NCBI GenBank assembly: GCA_963845565.1
Contig: CAWJSJ010000002.1
Location: forward strand, 736,001 to 800,000
Direction of reading: 5' to 3'
Source of the DNA: an uncultured Methylomirabilota bacterium
GTDB lineage: Bacteria > Methylomirabilota > Methylomirabilia > Methylomirabilales > 2-02-FULL-66-22
DNA: 64,000 bases
Part shown: piece by piece, positions 13,468 to 24,791 of the stretch
How positions within the stretch are numbered: position 1 is the stretch's first letter
Layout: every line of letters starts with the position of its first letter
The notes under the pieces: model-generated
Seen by the model: only the letters and a program-made list of their open reading frames with translations
Told to the model about the DNA's origin: nothing
Database searches by the model: none
Translations under genes and position numbers: made by a program

Positions 13468-14805
13468 ATGGACTATCCGCTCTTTCTCGTGCCGCACATC
13501 GGCGGAGGCTGGCTGATCGGCGGGATCGCGATCTTCCACGTCATCATCGCCCACTTCGCCATCGGCGGCGGACTGCTCATGGTGGCGACGGAGCAGGTCG
13601 CGGCGCGACGCAACGACGCGTTCTGGCTGGCCTTCGTCCGCAAACACTCCCTGTTCCTGGTTCTGTTGTCTGCGGTCCTCGGCGCCCTGAGCGGGGTGGG
13701 CATCTGGTTCACGATCGGGCTGGTCCACCCCGCGGCCACGGCGTCTCTCATCCGCACTTTCGTGTGGGGCTGGGCCATCGAGTGGGTCTTCTTCGTCGTG
13801 GAGCTCGCCGCGGCGCTGCTGTACGTGGGGACGTGGGACCGGGTGTCCAGGCGGACACACCTTGCCATAGGGTGGATCTACTTTGTGGCCGCCTATTTCA
13901 GCCTGGTCGTCATCAACGGCATTGTGACGTTCATGCTGACGCCGGGGCACTGGCTTCAGACGCGCACCTTCTGGGACGGCTTCTTCAATCCCACCTACTG
14001 GCCCTCCCTGGTCCTCCGCACCGGCATCGCCCTGATGCTGGCGGGCGCCTACGGCTGGCTGGTAGCGACCCGACTTCCCAGGAACGGCGAGCGCAACGGT
14101 CTGGTCCGGTACCTGTCCGCCTGGGGCGTCGCGGGGGTGGCCGTGACGGGGCTGGGCTTCGTCTGGTGGTCGGGGAACATCCCGGCGGACGCGCGGGACC
14201 TGATCTTCCCTGCGGCGGGGTTGCTGCGATCTACCTATGTCATGGGGCTCGCGGCCCTCGGGCTGCTGGCGGTGCTGCTGGTTACCGTCGGTTTCCTGGC
14301 GCCACGGGCGTTCGGGGTCACGGCGGCGATTCTGGCCGTCTTGTTGACGGGCGCGCACTTCGGCGCCTACGAGCGGGTCCGGGAGGGCGCACGCAAGCCG
14401 TACGTCATCCACGGCTACATGTACAGCAACGGGATCCGGGTGGATGAAGTGGATCGGCTGAACCGGGACGGGATCCTGAGCAAGGCCCGATGGGCGGCCG
14501 TGGGCGTCGCCCCCGGTCCGACATCCCTCGGACATCAGGTGTTCCGCGCCCAGTGCCAGATGTGCCACAGCCTGGACGGTTACCTGGCGATCCGGCCGCT
14601 CGTGGCGGGTCAGGATGCGGAGGGACTGGTGGCATTCCTGGAGGCGCTCCGCGCCGGGCGGCCGGGGATGCCGCCGATCGTGGGCACGGAAGAAGAGATC
14701 AAGGCCCTGGCCGAGTACCTGGTTTCTCTCCTCGGCGCCACCTCGAAGGTCGCGGTCGGACCAATTAGGACCGCCCAAGGGGCGGTCCTGGGAGGTGCGC
14801 AATGA
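13468..14805 (+). CDS. Cytochrome bd oxidase subunit I-like protein with C-terminal cytochrome c domain
   Basis: FHVIIAHFAIG, WAIEWVFFVVE, FFNPTYWP and ERVREGARKPY motifs, followed by CQMCH...MPP. Confidence 0.85.
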   Translation: MDYPLFLVPHIGGGWLIGGIAIFHVIIAHFAIGGGLLMVATEQVAARRNDAFWLAFVRKHSLFLVLLSAVLGALSGVGIWFTIGLVHPAATASLIRTFVWGWAIEWVFFVVELAAALLYVGTWDRVSRRTHLAIGWIYFVAAYFSLVVINGIVTFMLTPGHWLQTRTFWDGFFNPTYWPSLVLRTGIALMLAGAYGWLVATRLPRNGERNGLVRYLSAWGVAGVAVTGLGFVWWSGNIPADARDLIFPAAGLLRSTYVMGLAALGLLAVLLVTVGFLAPRAFGVTAAILAVLLTGAHFGAYERVREGARKPYVIHGYMYSNGIRVDEVDRLNRDGILSKARWAAVGVAPGPTSLGHQVFRAQCQMCHSLDGYLAIRPLVAGQDAEGLVAFLEALRAGRPGMPPIVGTEEEIKALAEYLVSLLGATSKVAVGPIRTAQGAVLGGAQ

Positions 14806-15904
14806 TCGTTCCGCCGATTCCCGCCCTGGATCCGACGCCCCTGCCGGCTCCGGCCTGGCTGTTCCAGGTCCTCTTGTTCGTGACGTTCTTCGTCCACATC
14901 CTGTTCCTCAACGTGACCCTCGGGGGATCCGTCATCGGCGCCGTCCACGCGTCGCTGGCCAGGGGACAGGACGCGCCGGGACGCCGACTGGGACGGCTGC
15001 TGGCTGGGTTGTTGCCCGCGAGCGTCTCGTTCACCGTGACCACCGGCGTGGCGCCGCTCCTCTTCATCCAGCTCATGTACGGGCAGCTCTTCTACGCGTC
15101 CACGGTGTTGGTCGGCTGGATCTGGCTGGCCATACTGCCCATGATCGTGATGGGGTATTACGCCGTGTACCTTTACAAGTTCGAGGTCGGGTCGCCGGGC
15201 GGACACCCCGCCTGGCTGAGCGTCGCGGGGCTCTGCTTCATCGCCGTGGCGGCCGTCCAGGTGCTCGTGAACGTCCTGCAGCTCACGCCCCCGCGCTGGG
15301 CCGCGGTCGCGGTGGCGATCGGGTCCGCCCTCCAGGACCCGACCCTGCTGCCGCGATATCTGCACTTCCTGTTCGGGTCGCTGGCAGTGGCGGGGATCTT
15401 CCTGGCCGTCGTGGCGGTGGAGCGGGCGCACCGGACACCCGACCCCTTCTTCGACGTGGCTGGCCCGGCGGGGCATCTTCTGGGCCCTGGCCGCTACGGG
15501 TCTGCAGATGGTGGACGGGTTCTGGTTCCTCTTTTCGCTGCCCGCGGGAGGTGCTTGCTCGCGCTAGTGGGCGGGACAGCCGTGGCCCACGATTCACCTG
15601 GCCATCGGCATGGGCCTGGGGTTCCTGGCGCTGATCCTGCTGTCCGGTGCGCGACAGCCGGAGCGTCAGCGGAGCCTGGTCCGGTTCACGGCCGGCGTCC
15701 TGCTCGGCGACCATGCTCGCCATGGTCGGCCTGCGCGACGTGGTGCGGGGGTTGTACCTCGGATCGCTGATCAGAATCCGGGAGCTTCCCAGCCACATCC
15801 AGATGGATGTGACCATTCTGTTCCTGGTTGTCTTTGTCCTTGGGTTGGCCACGGTGGCCTGGATGGTGCGGACCGTCCTCCGAGGGCGTCGGACGCCCGC
15901 GTGA
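14802..15904 (+). CDS. Second CydA-like membrane subunit (frameshifted 3' half)
   Basis: ATGA overlap with the upstream gene; FFVHILFLNVTLGG, GVAPLLFIQLMYG and PRYLHFLFGSLA. The C-terminus continues in other frames (MVGLRDVVRGLYL...VAWMVR). Confidence 0.7.
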
Positions 15905-16111
15905 GAATGTCAAATCTTCTCCAGCTTCTGCTTTCGGTACCCATCTCACAATTGTGCTCCACGGCGTGCCGTCGGGAGGGACGATAACCACTGCCGGAGC
16001 GCCCGGGCGGCGAACCTTTCCGGCTATAGTTGGAACAGGCCGGTATCCTGCGATGGGGTCGTGCTTCCGCGAGCATTGACTACTCTTTCCCGAGGTCCCA
16101 AGGAGGCGCAA

Positions 16112-17389
16112 GTGGGCCGACGCATGTGGCGGATTGCCAGAGGCGCAGCGCTCGTTGGATGTCTTCTCGGGCTCGCGGCCGTTGCCCTCGCGTTCTTTCT
16201 TCGCCCCATCCCGGTGACGGTCGCCCGGGTCTCCGTGCGGGACCTCGCACCGAGAGTGCAGGGCGTGGGGACGGTGGAGGCGAAACTGGTCGTGCAGGTC
16301 GGGGCGAAGATCACGGGGCGCGTGATCGCCGTCCTGGTTGACCAGGGAGATACGGTCCGGCCCGGGCAGGTCCTGGTCCGCCTGGAGGATACCGAGCAAG
16401 CGGCGCAGGTTGACCAGGCCCAGGCCGCTGTGCTGCGGGCGCGGCTGACCGTCACGGCGCAAGAAGCGGCGCTCAAGAAGGCCCAGGCCGCCGTCGGGGC
16501 GGCGGAGGCGGCGGTTGCGCGGGTGCGGGCCACCGAAGCCCTGACCCGCGTCAATGCAGCGCGCTGGCGCCAACTCCATGCCGACGGCGGAGTCTCCCGA
16601 GCGGACATGGACGCCCGGGTGACCGAGGCGTTGGCCGCCGGCGAGGAGATCAAGAACATCGAGGCGCAGCGCCAGTCCGCCGGAGAAGAAGTGGCGTTTC
16701 TCAAGGCCAACCTAGAGGTGGTGCGGCAAGACATCCTGGTTGCAGAGGCGGCCCTCGCAGCCGCTCGGGCGCGTCAGGGGGATACGGTCATCCGGAGCCC
16801 GTTGGCCGGCATCGTGGTAAATCGAGACCTTGAGCCGGGAGCCACGGTGGGTCCCGGCGCCACCATCCTCAAGATTGCGGACCCGCGGACGGTCTGGGTG
16901 ACGGTTCACGTTGACGAACGAGAGACCGGCGCCATCGCCGTCGGCGATTCGGCGGAGGTCGCCTTGCGTTCGCTGCGCGGCCGAAACCTCCCCGGCCGGA
17001 TCGTCCGGATCCGCCGTGAGAGCGATCGGGTCACGGAGCAACTGGCGATCGACATCGCCTTCGAGGAACGGCCGCCGCGCCTGACGCTGGGGGAGCAGGC
17101 CGAGGCCACCATTCGGTCCCAGGGGCCGCAAGGTGCGGTGGCTCTCCCGCTGGCGGCACTCATCCGGACTCCTGACGGGCCCGCTGCAATTGCGGTGACG
17201 AACGGTCGGCTGCAGTTTCGCACGCTACGCATCGGGGTTGCCGACCCGGCTGGTTGGGTGCAGGTGCTGGACGGTTTCGGGGCCGGCGACGATGTGGTGC
17301 TCGCGCCCGGCAACCTGGCAGACCCCAAAAACAACGGGCGGCGAGTCAGAATCGTCAATGCAGAATCGACAACCGACAATCCCAAATGA
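16112..17389 (+). CDS. Efflux periplasmic adaptor (HlyD/MacA-like membrane fusion protein)
   Basis: GTVEA...VGAKITGRV...VDQGDTV, coiled coil, IRSPLAGIV. AGGAGG RBS before GTG 16112. Confidence 0.9.
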   Translation: MGRRMWRIARGAALVGCLLGLAAVALAFFLRPIPVTVARVSVRDLAPRVQGVGTVEAKLVVQVGAKITGRVIAVLVDQGDTVRPGQVLVRLEDTEQAAQVDQAQAAVLRARLTVTAQEAALKKAQAAVGAAEAAVARVRATEALTRVNAARWRQLHADGGVSRADMDARVTEALAAGEEIKNIEAQRQSAGEEVAFLKANLEVVRQDILVAEAALAAARARQGDTVIRSPLAGIVVNRDLEPGATVGPGATILKIADPRTVWVTVHVDERETGAIAVGDSAEVALRSLRGRNLPGRIVRIRRESDRVTEQLAIDIAFEERPPRLTLGEQAEATIRSQGPQGAVALPLAALIRTPDGPAAIAVTNGRLQFRTLRIGVADPAGWVQVLDGFGAGDDVVLAPGNLADPKNNGRRVRIVNAESTTDNPK

Positions 17390-17461
17390 AAATAACCCGT
17401 TGGCCGGTTTTCGCGCGCTACCCTCGAAGCGAATCCGTGCTCCATTGACTGGATTTCTCGC

Positions 17462-18658
17462 GTGAACCTTGCCCTACGCGACGTTCGCTACCACCTTGGC
17501 CGGTTCCTGTTGACCGCCCTCGGCCTCAGTCTTCTCTTGGCCACTGTGATGTCCATGGGAGGCATCTACCGCGGAATGGTGGAGGACGCCCTCAGCATCG
17601 TCCGGGCGTCCGGCGCGGACCTGTGGGTCGTGCAGAAGAACACCAACGGGCCGTTTGCCGAGACCTCTCGAATTCCCGAAGACCTCTATCGCGTCATCCG
17701 GGCTGTGCCCGGGGTGCGCGATGCGAGCCCCATCGCCTTTCAATCGCTGCAGCTCCGAGTCGGCCCCAAGCCGTTCCGGGTGCAAATCATCGGCGCTCGG
17801 CCGGGCAGCCTTGGCTCCGCCCCAGCCGTGTCGGCCGGGCGACCCATCCTTCGTAGCCGCTATGACATGTTGGTTGACCGCAAGGCCGGTGTCCCCCTGG
17901 GAACCACAGTGCGGATCGGCGGCATGCTGTTCACGGTCGTGGGGCTGACCGAGGGCATCGTCTCCAATTCCGGCGACCCTGCCGTGTTCGTGGCTCTGCA
18001 AGACGCTCAGGAGATTCAATTCCTCAAGGCCAACGAGGCGATCCGGAACGACCGGGCCCGCCTGGCGGCTGACCTGCGGGACGAGCCGGCCCTGGCGGGG
18101 GTTCGGGCCGAGGCGTTCGCGCCGATCATGCAGACCACCCACCTGGCTAACGCCATCCTGGTCCGCCTTGAGTCATGGGCCAACCCGAGAGAGGTCGCCG
18201 GGCTGATCGAGCGCTGGAACCACTATCGAGCCATGACCACCGCGGAGCAGGAGGACGTGCTGGCCAAGAGCGTCATCGACCGCGCCCGCCAGCAGATCCT
18301 GCTCTTCCGGATCATCCTGCTGGCGGTTTCCACGGTGATCATCGCACTGATCGTCTACACGATGACGATGGAGAAGACCCGGGACATCGCCACGCTCAAA
18401 ATCATCGGCGCCTCCGATTGGAAGATCGGCGGTCTCATCCTGCAGGAGGCGCTCACGCTCGGTCTCCTGGGGTACGGCCTGGGGGCGATCCTGATCACGT
18501 TCACCTACGAGTACTTTCCGCGCCGCGTGGCCATTCTTCCTTTCGACCAGTATGTCCTTCTCGGGATCGTCATCATCATCTGCGTTCTGGCGAGCCTCCT
18601 CGGCATCCGGCGTGCGTTGGGTATCGACCCCACCACGGCGCTCGGGGGAGGGGCCTGA
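17462..18658 (+). CDS. ABC transporter permease (MacB/FtsX family)
   Basis: GADLWVVQ periplasmic domain; [14 protein letters not shown]; four TM segments. Confidence 0.9.
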   Translation: MNLALRDVRYHLGRFLLTALGLSLLLATVMSMGGIYRGMVEDALSIVRASGADLWVVQKNTNGPFAETSRIPEDLYRVIRAVPGVRDASPIAFQSLQLRVGPKPFRVQIIGARPGSLGSAPAVSAGRPILRSRYDMLVDRKAGVPLGTTVRIGGMLFTVVGLTEGIVSNSGDPAVFVALQDAQEIQFLKANEAIRNDRARLAADLRDEPALAGVRAEAFAPIMQTTHLANAILVRLESWANPREVAGLIERWNHYRAMTTAEQEDVLAKSVIDRARQQILLFRIILLAVSTVIIALIVYTMTMEKTRDIATLKIIGASDWKIGGLILQEALTLGLLGYGLGAILITFTYEYFPRRVAILPFDQYVLLGIVIIICVLASLLGIRRALGIDPTTALGGGA

Positions 18659-19332
18659 TGCCGGCGATCGTGGCGGAACATCTCGGCAAGGTATTCGGGC
18701 GGGGGGAGACCCAGGTGGTGGGCCTGCAGGACGCCAGCGTCACGGTCGCGGCGGGAGAGTTGGTGGCGCTGATGGGGCCGAGCGGGTCGGGCAAGACGAC
18801 GCTGCTGCGGGCCCTTTCCCTGATCGACCCGCCGACCACCGGACGCGTCGCCATCAGCGACGCGGTCATCTACGAAAACGGACAGGTTTTGGTCAACGAC
18901 CGGCGCCTGCGGCGGGAGCGGATGGGGATCATCTTCCAAGCCTACAACCTGATCCCGTTCCTGACGGCCGCCGAAAACGTGGCGCTGGTCCTCACGCTAA
19001 ATGACATCTCTCGGCGTGAAGCGATGCGACGGGCGCGCGACCTCCTCGTGCAGATGGACCTCGGCCACCGCGCCGATGTCCACCCGCCTACACTGTCGGG
19101 CGGCGAGCAGCAGCGCCTGGCCGTGGCCCGGGCCGTCATCAACGATCCGGCCGTGATTCTGGCGGACGAGCCCACCGCCGCCTTGGATACGGAGCGGGGC
19201 AGGGCCGTCATGGCCCTTCTTCGGCGGCTGGGCAAGGAACGGCGCGCTGCGGTCATCGTGGTCACCCACGACGAGCGGATGATTGAGGGCTTCGACCGGG
19301 TGTACCACATGACCGACGGCCGGATCAGCTAG
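18658..19332 (+). CDS. ABC transporter ATP-binding protein (LolD/MacB-like)
   Basis: [23 protein letters not shown] and VVTHD motifs. TGATG overlap with the permease. Confidence 0.93.
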   Translation: MPAIVAEHLGKVFGRGETQVVGLQDASVTVAAGELVALMGPSGSGKTTLLRALSLIDPPTTGRVAISDAVIYENGQVLVNDRRLRRERMGIIFQAYNLIPFLTAAENVALVLTLNDISRREAMRRARDLLVQMDLGHRADVHPPTLSGGEQQRLAVARAVINDPAVILADEPTAALDTERGRAVMALLRRLGKERRAAVIVVTHDERMIEGFDRVYHMTDGRIS

Positions 19333-19334
19333 GA

Positions 19335-19514
19335 ATGCCTATCCAACGGACGAGGCTTTTGACGGGCCCGCATCGGGGGTTTGCCGAAGCGAAGGACTCG
19401 GGATATAGTGTCCTCGTCACCGGAACCAGCCGCACGGCCGACATCGAGCTGACGTTGACCCTCGGTGTGCACGGCCCGAAATCCCTGTATGCATGGGTGA
19501 TGAACGAGCCGTGA
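19335..19514 (+). pseudogene. 3' remnant of a LutC/LldG (LUD domain) lactate utilisation gene
   Basis: A 59-aa frame not in the ORF track ends VLVTGTSRTADIELTLTLGVHGPKSLYAWV, the LUD C-terminal signature. Confidence 0.75.
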
Positions 19515-19576
19515 TCCGGGCGACCCGGTCCCCCGATCCCGCCGCCGCTGATCCCGATTCCCCCGGAGGCCGATCC

Positions 19577-22454
19577 ATGTCCACCGCGTCTCCCGCTCCT
19601 GCCGCATCCCTCGATCCCCGTGACCTCGGGAACGCTCTGGCGCGGATCGTCGAGCCGGAGCGGGTCCTCACGCGCCCGATTGAACGCATCGCCTACGCTG
19701 CGGATGCGAGCTTCTATCGCCTGATCCCGCAGGCGGTGGTCCTGGCCAAGAGCGTTGAGGAGGTCCAGGGCCTCTTTCGGTTCAGCCGGACGCACCGCGT
19801 GCCGATGACCTTCCGCGCGGCGGGGACAAGTCTGTCCGGCCAAGCCGTCACCGACGGCATCCTGGTCGAGGCGGCCAAGCACTGGCGGCAGATCCGGGTC
19901 GAAGACGGAGGCAAGCGAGTTCGCGTGCAGCCCGGGGTGATCGGCGGCCACGTGAACCAGGCCCTCAAGGCCTACCGGGCGAAAATCGGGCCGGACCCCG
20001 CTTCCATCAACGCCTGCATGATGGGCGGCATCCTGGCCAACAACTCCAGCGGAATGTGCTGCGGCGTCACGCAGAACGCGTACCACACAATTCACTCCAT
20101 CACCTTCGTCCTGCCCTCGGGCACTGTGATCGACACCGGCCATCCCGATGCCGATGCGATCTTTCGCCAGCGAGAACCGCGGCTGGCGCAGGGTCTGCTG
20201 GATCTCCGATTCGAGATTCAGGGGAATCCGCGGCTCGCCGACCGCATCCGCGCCAAGTACAAGATGAAGAACACCACCGGCTATTCGCTCAACGCTTTCC
20301 TGGACTTTGAGCGCCCGGTGGACATTTTTCGCAATCTTCTCGTGGGCTCGGAGGGGACGCTGGCCTTCATCGCCGAGGCCGTGCTCAACACGGTTCCGGA
20401 CCTGCCGGTGAAATACACGGGCCTCCTGCTGTTTCCAAACATCCACGCCGCCTGCACCGCCATCGCCCCGCTGCGAGACGCGGACGCCAAGGCCCTGGAG
20501 TTGATGGACCGAGCCTCGCTCTCTTCGGTGGAGGATCAGCCCGGCGTTCCCCCAACCATCAAGGGGCTTTCGCCGGACGCCGCGGGGCTCTTGGTGGAAT
20601 TCCAGGCCGCCGAGGAGCGGGAGCGGACCACGCTGGAGCGGTTGGCCACCGAGTCCGTCGGTGGCCTCTCTTTGCTCGCGCCGGCCGCCTTCAGCCACGA
20701 CCCCACGGAGCAGGCCCTTCTCTGGAAGATCCGGCAGGGGCTCCTCCCCTCGGTCGGCGCCATCCGGAAGCGAGGGAGCACGGTCCTCATCGAGGACGTT
20801 GTTTTTCCGGTGGAGCGGCTGGGGAATGCCACCACCGATCTGATCCAGGCGGCCGCCCGGCACGGTTACGCCGATGCCATTCTCTTCGGACACGCCAAGG
20901 ATGGAAACCTTCACCTCATCCTGACGCAGTCTTTCAATACCGGAGCCGAGACGGACCGCTACGCACGGTTCATGGATGACCTGGCCCGTTTGGTGGTGGA
21001 GCGGTACGACGGGGCGCTCAAAGGAGAACATGGGACCGGCCGCAACATGGCGCCCTTCGTCGAGACCGAGTGGGGCCCAGAGGCGTACGCCATCATGCAG
21101 CGCCTCAAGCTGTTGGTAGACCCCGAGGGACTGCTGAATCCGGGCGTGATTCTCAATCCCGATCCCAAGGCCCACCTTGCCGACCTCAAGTCTATGCCCG
21201 GGGTCGAGGACGAGGTGGACAAGTGCATCGAGTGCGGGTATTGCGAGTCGAAGTGCCCGAGCCAGGATCTCACGCTCACACCGCGCCAGCGCATCGTGGT
21301 GCGCCGGGAGATGATGCGGCTGCAGGGGGACAGGGACGGAGACAGGGGTATTCTCCGGGAATTGGAGGACACGTTTCCGTACATGGCTCTGGACACCTGT
21401 GCCGTGGATGGGTTGTGCGCCACGGCCTGTCCCGTCGGCATCAACACCGGGGATCTGACCAAGCGATTCCGACAGTTGCGCCACCCCCAGTGGGCGCACG
21501 GCGTGGCCCGTCATCTGGCGAAGCATTTCGCGTGGCTGGAGCCCGCGATGCGGCTCGGCCTGTGGACGGGCCACGCGGTCCAGTCGGTGCTAGGCGCCGG
21601 GGCGATGGTCGGTCTCACCCGAACCGTCCGGACGCTCCTCCGTCAGCCGTTCCCGCAATGGAGCCAAGAGATGCCGCATCCGGCGTCCGGTCGCCTGCCG
21701 ACCACACAGCGGCCGGGCGCCCAGGCCGTGTACTTCCCTGCCTGCATCTCGCGCGTGATGGGTCACCTTCCGGGCGAGTCGGACGAGATGAGCCTGATGG
21801 AGGCCTTCGTCGCGGTGGCGCGGCGGGCGGGGAAGCCGGTGTGGATCCCGGAGGACGTGGAAGGGGCTTGCTGTGGCGTGCCCTTCTCGTCGAAAGGGTA
21901 TGATGAGGCGCATGCCGTCGCGGTGAATCGGGCCATGGAGCGATTCTGGGAGTGGTCCGACGAGGGGAGCGCTGCCGATCGTGATCGATACCAGCCCCTG
22001 CACCTACGGGCTGACGACATGCCGCGCTCATCTCACGGCAGCCAATCAGACGCGATTTGATCGCCTCAGGATTCTCGATGGCGTCGCCTTCGTCCACGAC
22101 GAGATCCTGCCCCGGCTCACGATCCGACGACGGTTCCGGTCCGTGGCGCTCCATCCGGTCTGCTCTTTGGTGAAAATGAATCTCACCGGGAAACTGGAGG
22201 GCATCGCGCGGTTCTGCTGCGATCAGGTCACCCTTCCGGTGTCGGCGGGTTGCTGCGGGTTTGCAGGGGACAGCGGTTTCCTGTTCCCGGAACTCACGGA
22301 GTCGGCAACGCGACGAGAGGCGGCCGAGGTCACTGCGAGTCAGCACGACGGGTTTTTCTCGAGCAGCCGGACGTGTGAGGTCGGAATGACCCGGGCGACC
22401 GGTCAGATCTACCGGTCGTATCTGTACTTGCTGGAACAGGCTACGCGCGACTGA
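19577..22454 (+). CDS. FAD-binding/Fe-S D-lactate dehydrogenase (Dld-II-like); frameshift near 21968
   Basis: FRAAGTSLSGQ, GPDPAS, GHAKDGNLH, LKGEHGTGRN and CIECGYCE. CCG domains continue in 21981-22454 (DTSPC, CCGFAGD, RTCEVG). Confidence 0.9.
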
Positions 22455-22725
22455 CCGCCCACCGGTGAGGCCGGCTCCTGGGGGTGCATTTTCCAAGACA
22501 ATTGGCGGCCAATTGGCCGCCGGCCCACTCCAGCGAACGGCGGGCGCGAGCACTCGCACCCGTCGTGCGCTTTCCGGCTCTCATGTACCGCTGACCACAC
22601 GAATGCTCCTGCGGCACACAGCAGGCTTGACCCTGGGTCCATTCCTGAAGTAAATAAGTGTGCGCTTGAGAGGCCGCGCCGGCTTGGTCCAGCGGTCTCG
22701 CGTGGTGAGAGGAGGGATGTGCCCC

Positions 22726-23175
22726 GTGAAATCGTGGCAGCGGGTCTCCGGGATCGTGCTCCTGCTCGTTTCGGGAGTGGTGATCCAGCAATCGGTGTGG
22801 GTCCTCCGCCTCTTCGATCATGGCCAGCCAGGCTCCGGCTTCATGCCCTTCGGCCTCGGGGTGATTCTTGCGGTGCTGGCCTCCTTGATCATCCTCACGA
22901 ATCTGGGCCCTGATGAGAAGCGCGTTTCGTTCTGGCAGCCGAAGGCGTGGCTCCGCCCACTCCTCTCCCTCGTCATCATGGCAGCCTACGTGATCGCCTT
23001 CGACGATCTGGGGGCGGTGACGAGTGTCGTGATCCTCGTCACGGCCTGGCTGCTCCTCCTGGAGAAGAAGCCGGTGTGGGTGGCCGCCCTCACCGGGGTT
23101 GCCACAGGCCTCGTGGTATATGTCGTCTTCGAGCGACTGCTCATGACCCCGTTCCCCAGAGGGTTGCTCTTCTAG
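22726..23175 (+). CDS. tctB: TctB-family subunit
   Basis: QPGSGFMPF and VFERLLMTPFPRG; four TM segments; upstream of tctA. Confidence 0.8.
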   Translation: MKSWQRVSGIVLLLVSGVVIQQSVWVLRLFDHGQPGSGFMPFGLGVILAVLASLIILTNLGPDEKRVSFWQPKAWLRPLLSLVIMAAYVIAFDDLGAVTSVVILVTAWLLLLEKKPVWVAALTGVATGLVVYVVFERLLMTPFPRGLLF

Positions 23176-23204
23176 ACGGTACACCGCACAAAGGACGCGC
23201 ATCG

Positions 23205-24704
23205 ATGTTCGATTTCGCCGGCCTCCTGCAAGGGTTCCAGATCGCCCTCAGTCCGGTCAATCTCCTCTGGTGTCTCATCGGGTCCGTCCTCGGCACCGCG
23301 GTGGGGGTTCTGCCCGGGCTGGGCCCCGCGGCGACCATCGCCTTGTTGCTGCCGATCAGCATGAAGATGGGGTCGCCGATCACCGCCATCATCCTGATGT
23401 CCGGCATCTTCTACGGGGCCATGTACGGGGGCTCCACCACGTCGATCCTGCTCAACATTCCCGGCGAAGCGGCCTCGGTCGTTACCTGCATCGACGGCTA
23501 CCAGATGGCCAGGAAGGGGCGCGCGGGGGCGGCCCTGGGCGTCGCCGCCATTGGGTCGTTCATCGCCGGGACGGTCGGCGTCATCGGCTTGACCATGATG
23601 GCGCCCCCTCTGGCGGAGTTCGCCCTGAAGTTCGGCCCGCCCGAGTACGTGGCCCTCACGGTATTGGGCCTGCTGCTGGCCACGTATCTGGCGGGGGCGT
23701 CACCCCTCCGGGGTCTGACCATGGCGATCATGGGGCTGATCCTGGGATCGGTCGGCCTGGATCCGCTGTCCGGCGCGGTGCGCTTCGATTTCGGCGTTCC
23801 CGACCTGCAGAGCAACATCGACTTCGTGACCATCGCCATGGGGCTGTTCGGGGTGGGGGAGATCCTGATCAGTCTGGAACAATCAGAGGCCGCCAGCATC
23901 CTGACCACCAAGATCAAGAACGTGTTCCCGACGATGGCCGATCTCGCCCGGAGCGGGTGGGCCATGTTCCGCGGCTCGGTCATCGGCTTCCTGGTCGGCA
24001 TCCTGCCCGGCGGCGGCGCGGTTCTCTCGTCGTTGATCTCCTACGCCGTCGAGAAGAAAGTATCGAAGCACCCCGAGGAGTTCGGGCATGGAGCTATCGA
24101 GGGGGTCGCGGGGCCCGAGGCGGCCAATAACTCGGCCGCGTCGTCGTCGTTTATTCCCCTCCTGACCCTCGGTATCCCGGGAAACGCCTCGACGGCGATG
24201 ATCTTCGCCGCTCTGCTGATCCACGGGATCACGCCTGGGCCGTTCCTCCTCAAGGAGCACGCGCCGGTCTTCTGGGGCGTCGTCGCCTCCATGTACATCG
24301 GCAACGTCATGCTGCTGGTCTTGAATCTTCCCCTGGTCGGCATGTGGGCTCAGCTCCTCAAGGTGCCCTACGCCTTCATGGCTCCCATGATCATGATCCT
24401 CACCCTGGTCGGCGTGTACAGCGTCAACAACAGCGTGTTCGACATCTGGGTCATGCTGATCATGGGGGTCTTTGGGTACCTGGCGCGCAAACTGCAGTTC
24501 GACCTGGGGCCCCTCCTCTTGGCCTTCGTCCTTGGGCCCATCATGGAGCGATCGCTCCGCCAGGCGCTCCTCATGAGCCACGGATCGTTCGGCATCTTCT
24601 TCACCCGGCCGATCTCGGGCGTGCTGCTGGGCGTGGCCGTCCTGTTCGTCCTGGGGAACCTGGTGGCGGCATTCCGGGCCAAGCAGAAAGTGGCGGCCGC
24701 GTGA
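23205..24704 (+). CDS. tctA: TctA-family permease
   Basis: GVLPGLGP, YGGSTTSILLNIPGE, GPEAANN and PLLTLGIPG motifs. Confidence 0.95.
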   Translation: MFDFAGLLQGFQIALSPVNLLWCLIGSVLGTAVGVLPGLGPAATIALLLPISMKMGSPITAIILMSGIFYGAMYGGSTTSILLNIPGEAASVVTCIDGYQMARKGRAGAALGVAAIGSFIAGTVGVIGLTMMAPPLAEFALKFGPPEYVALTVLGLLLATYLAGASPLRGLTMAIMGLILGSVGLDPLSGAVRFDFGVPDLQSNIDFVTIAMGLFGVGEILISLEQSEAASILTTKIKNVFPTMADLARSGWAMFRGSVIGFLVGILPGGGAVLSSLISYAVEKKVSKHPEEFGHGAIEGVAGPEAANNSAASSSFIPLLTLGIPGNASTAMIFAALLIHGITPGPFLLKEHAPVFWGVVASMYIGNVMLLVLNLPLVGMWAQLLKVPYAFMAPMIMILTLVGVYSVNNSVFDIWVMLIMGVFGYLARKLQFDLGPLLLAFVLGPIMERSLRQALLMSHGSFGIFFTRPISGVLLGVAVLFVLGNLVAAFRAKQKVAAA

Positions 24705-24791
24705 AGAATGCGGTGGCCGGAGGCGTCCAATCGCGGGGAGCATCAGGCGTCCCGCAACCCTGAAACCTTTAACTGTACGGGGGGTGTGATC

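Noticed and set aside
12081..16036. Shared GCTATAG(G)TTGGAAC motif upstream of prx and the adaptor gene
   Set aside because: Only two instances, needing an indel to align, and explainable as -10 elements.
21960..21985. Programmed frameshifts in dld, htpX, tctC2 and the HAO-like gene
   Set aside because: No slippery heptamer or stimulatory structure; indel error is the simpler explanation given the window-wide pattern.
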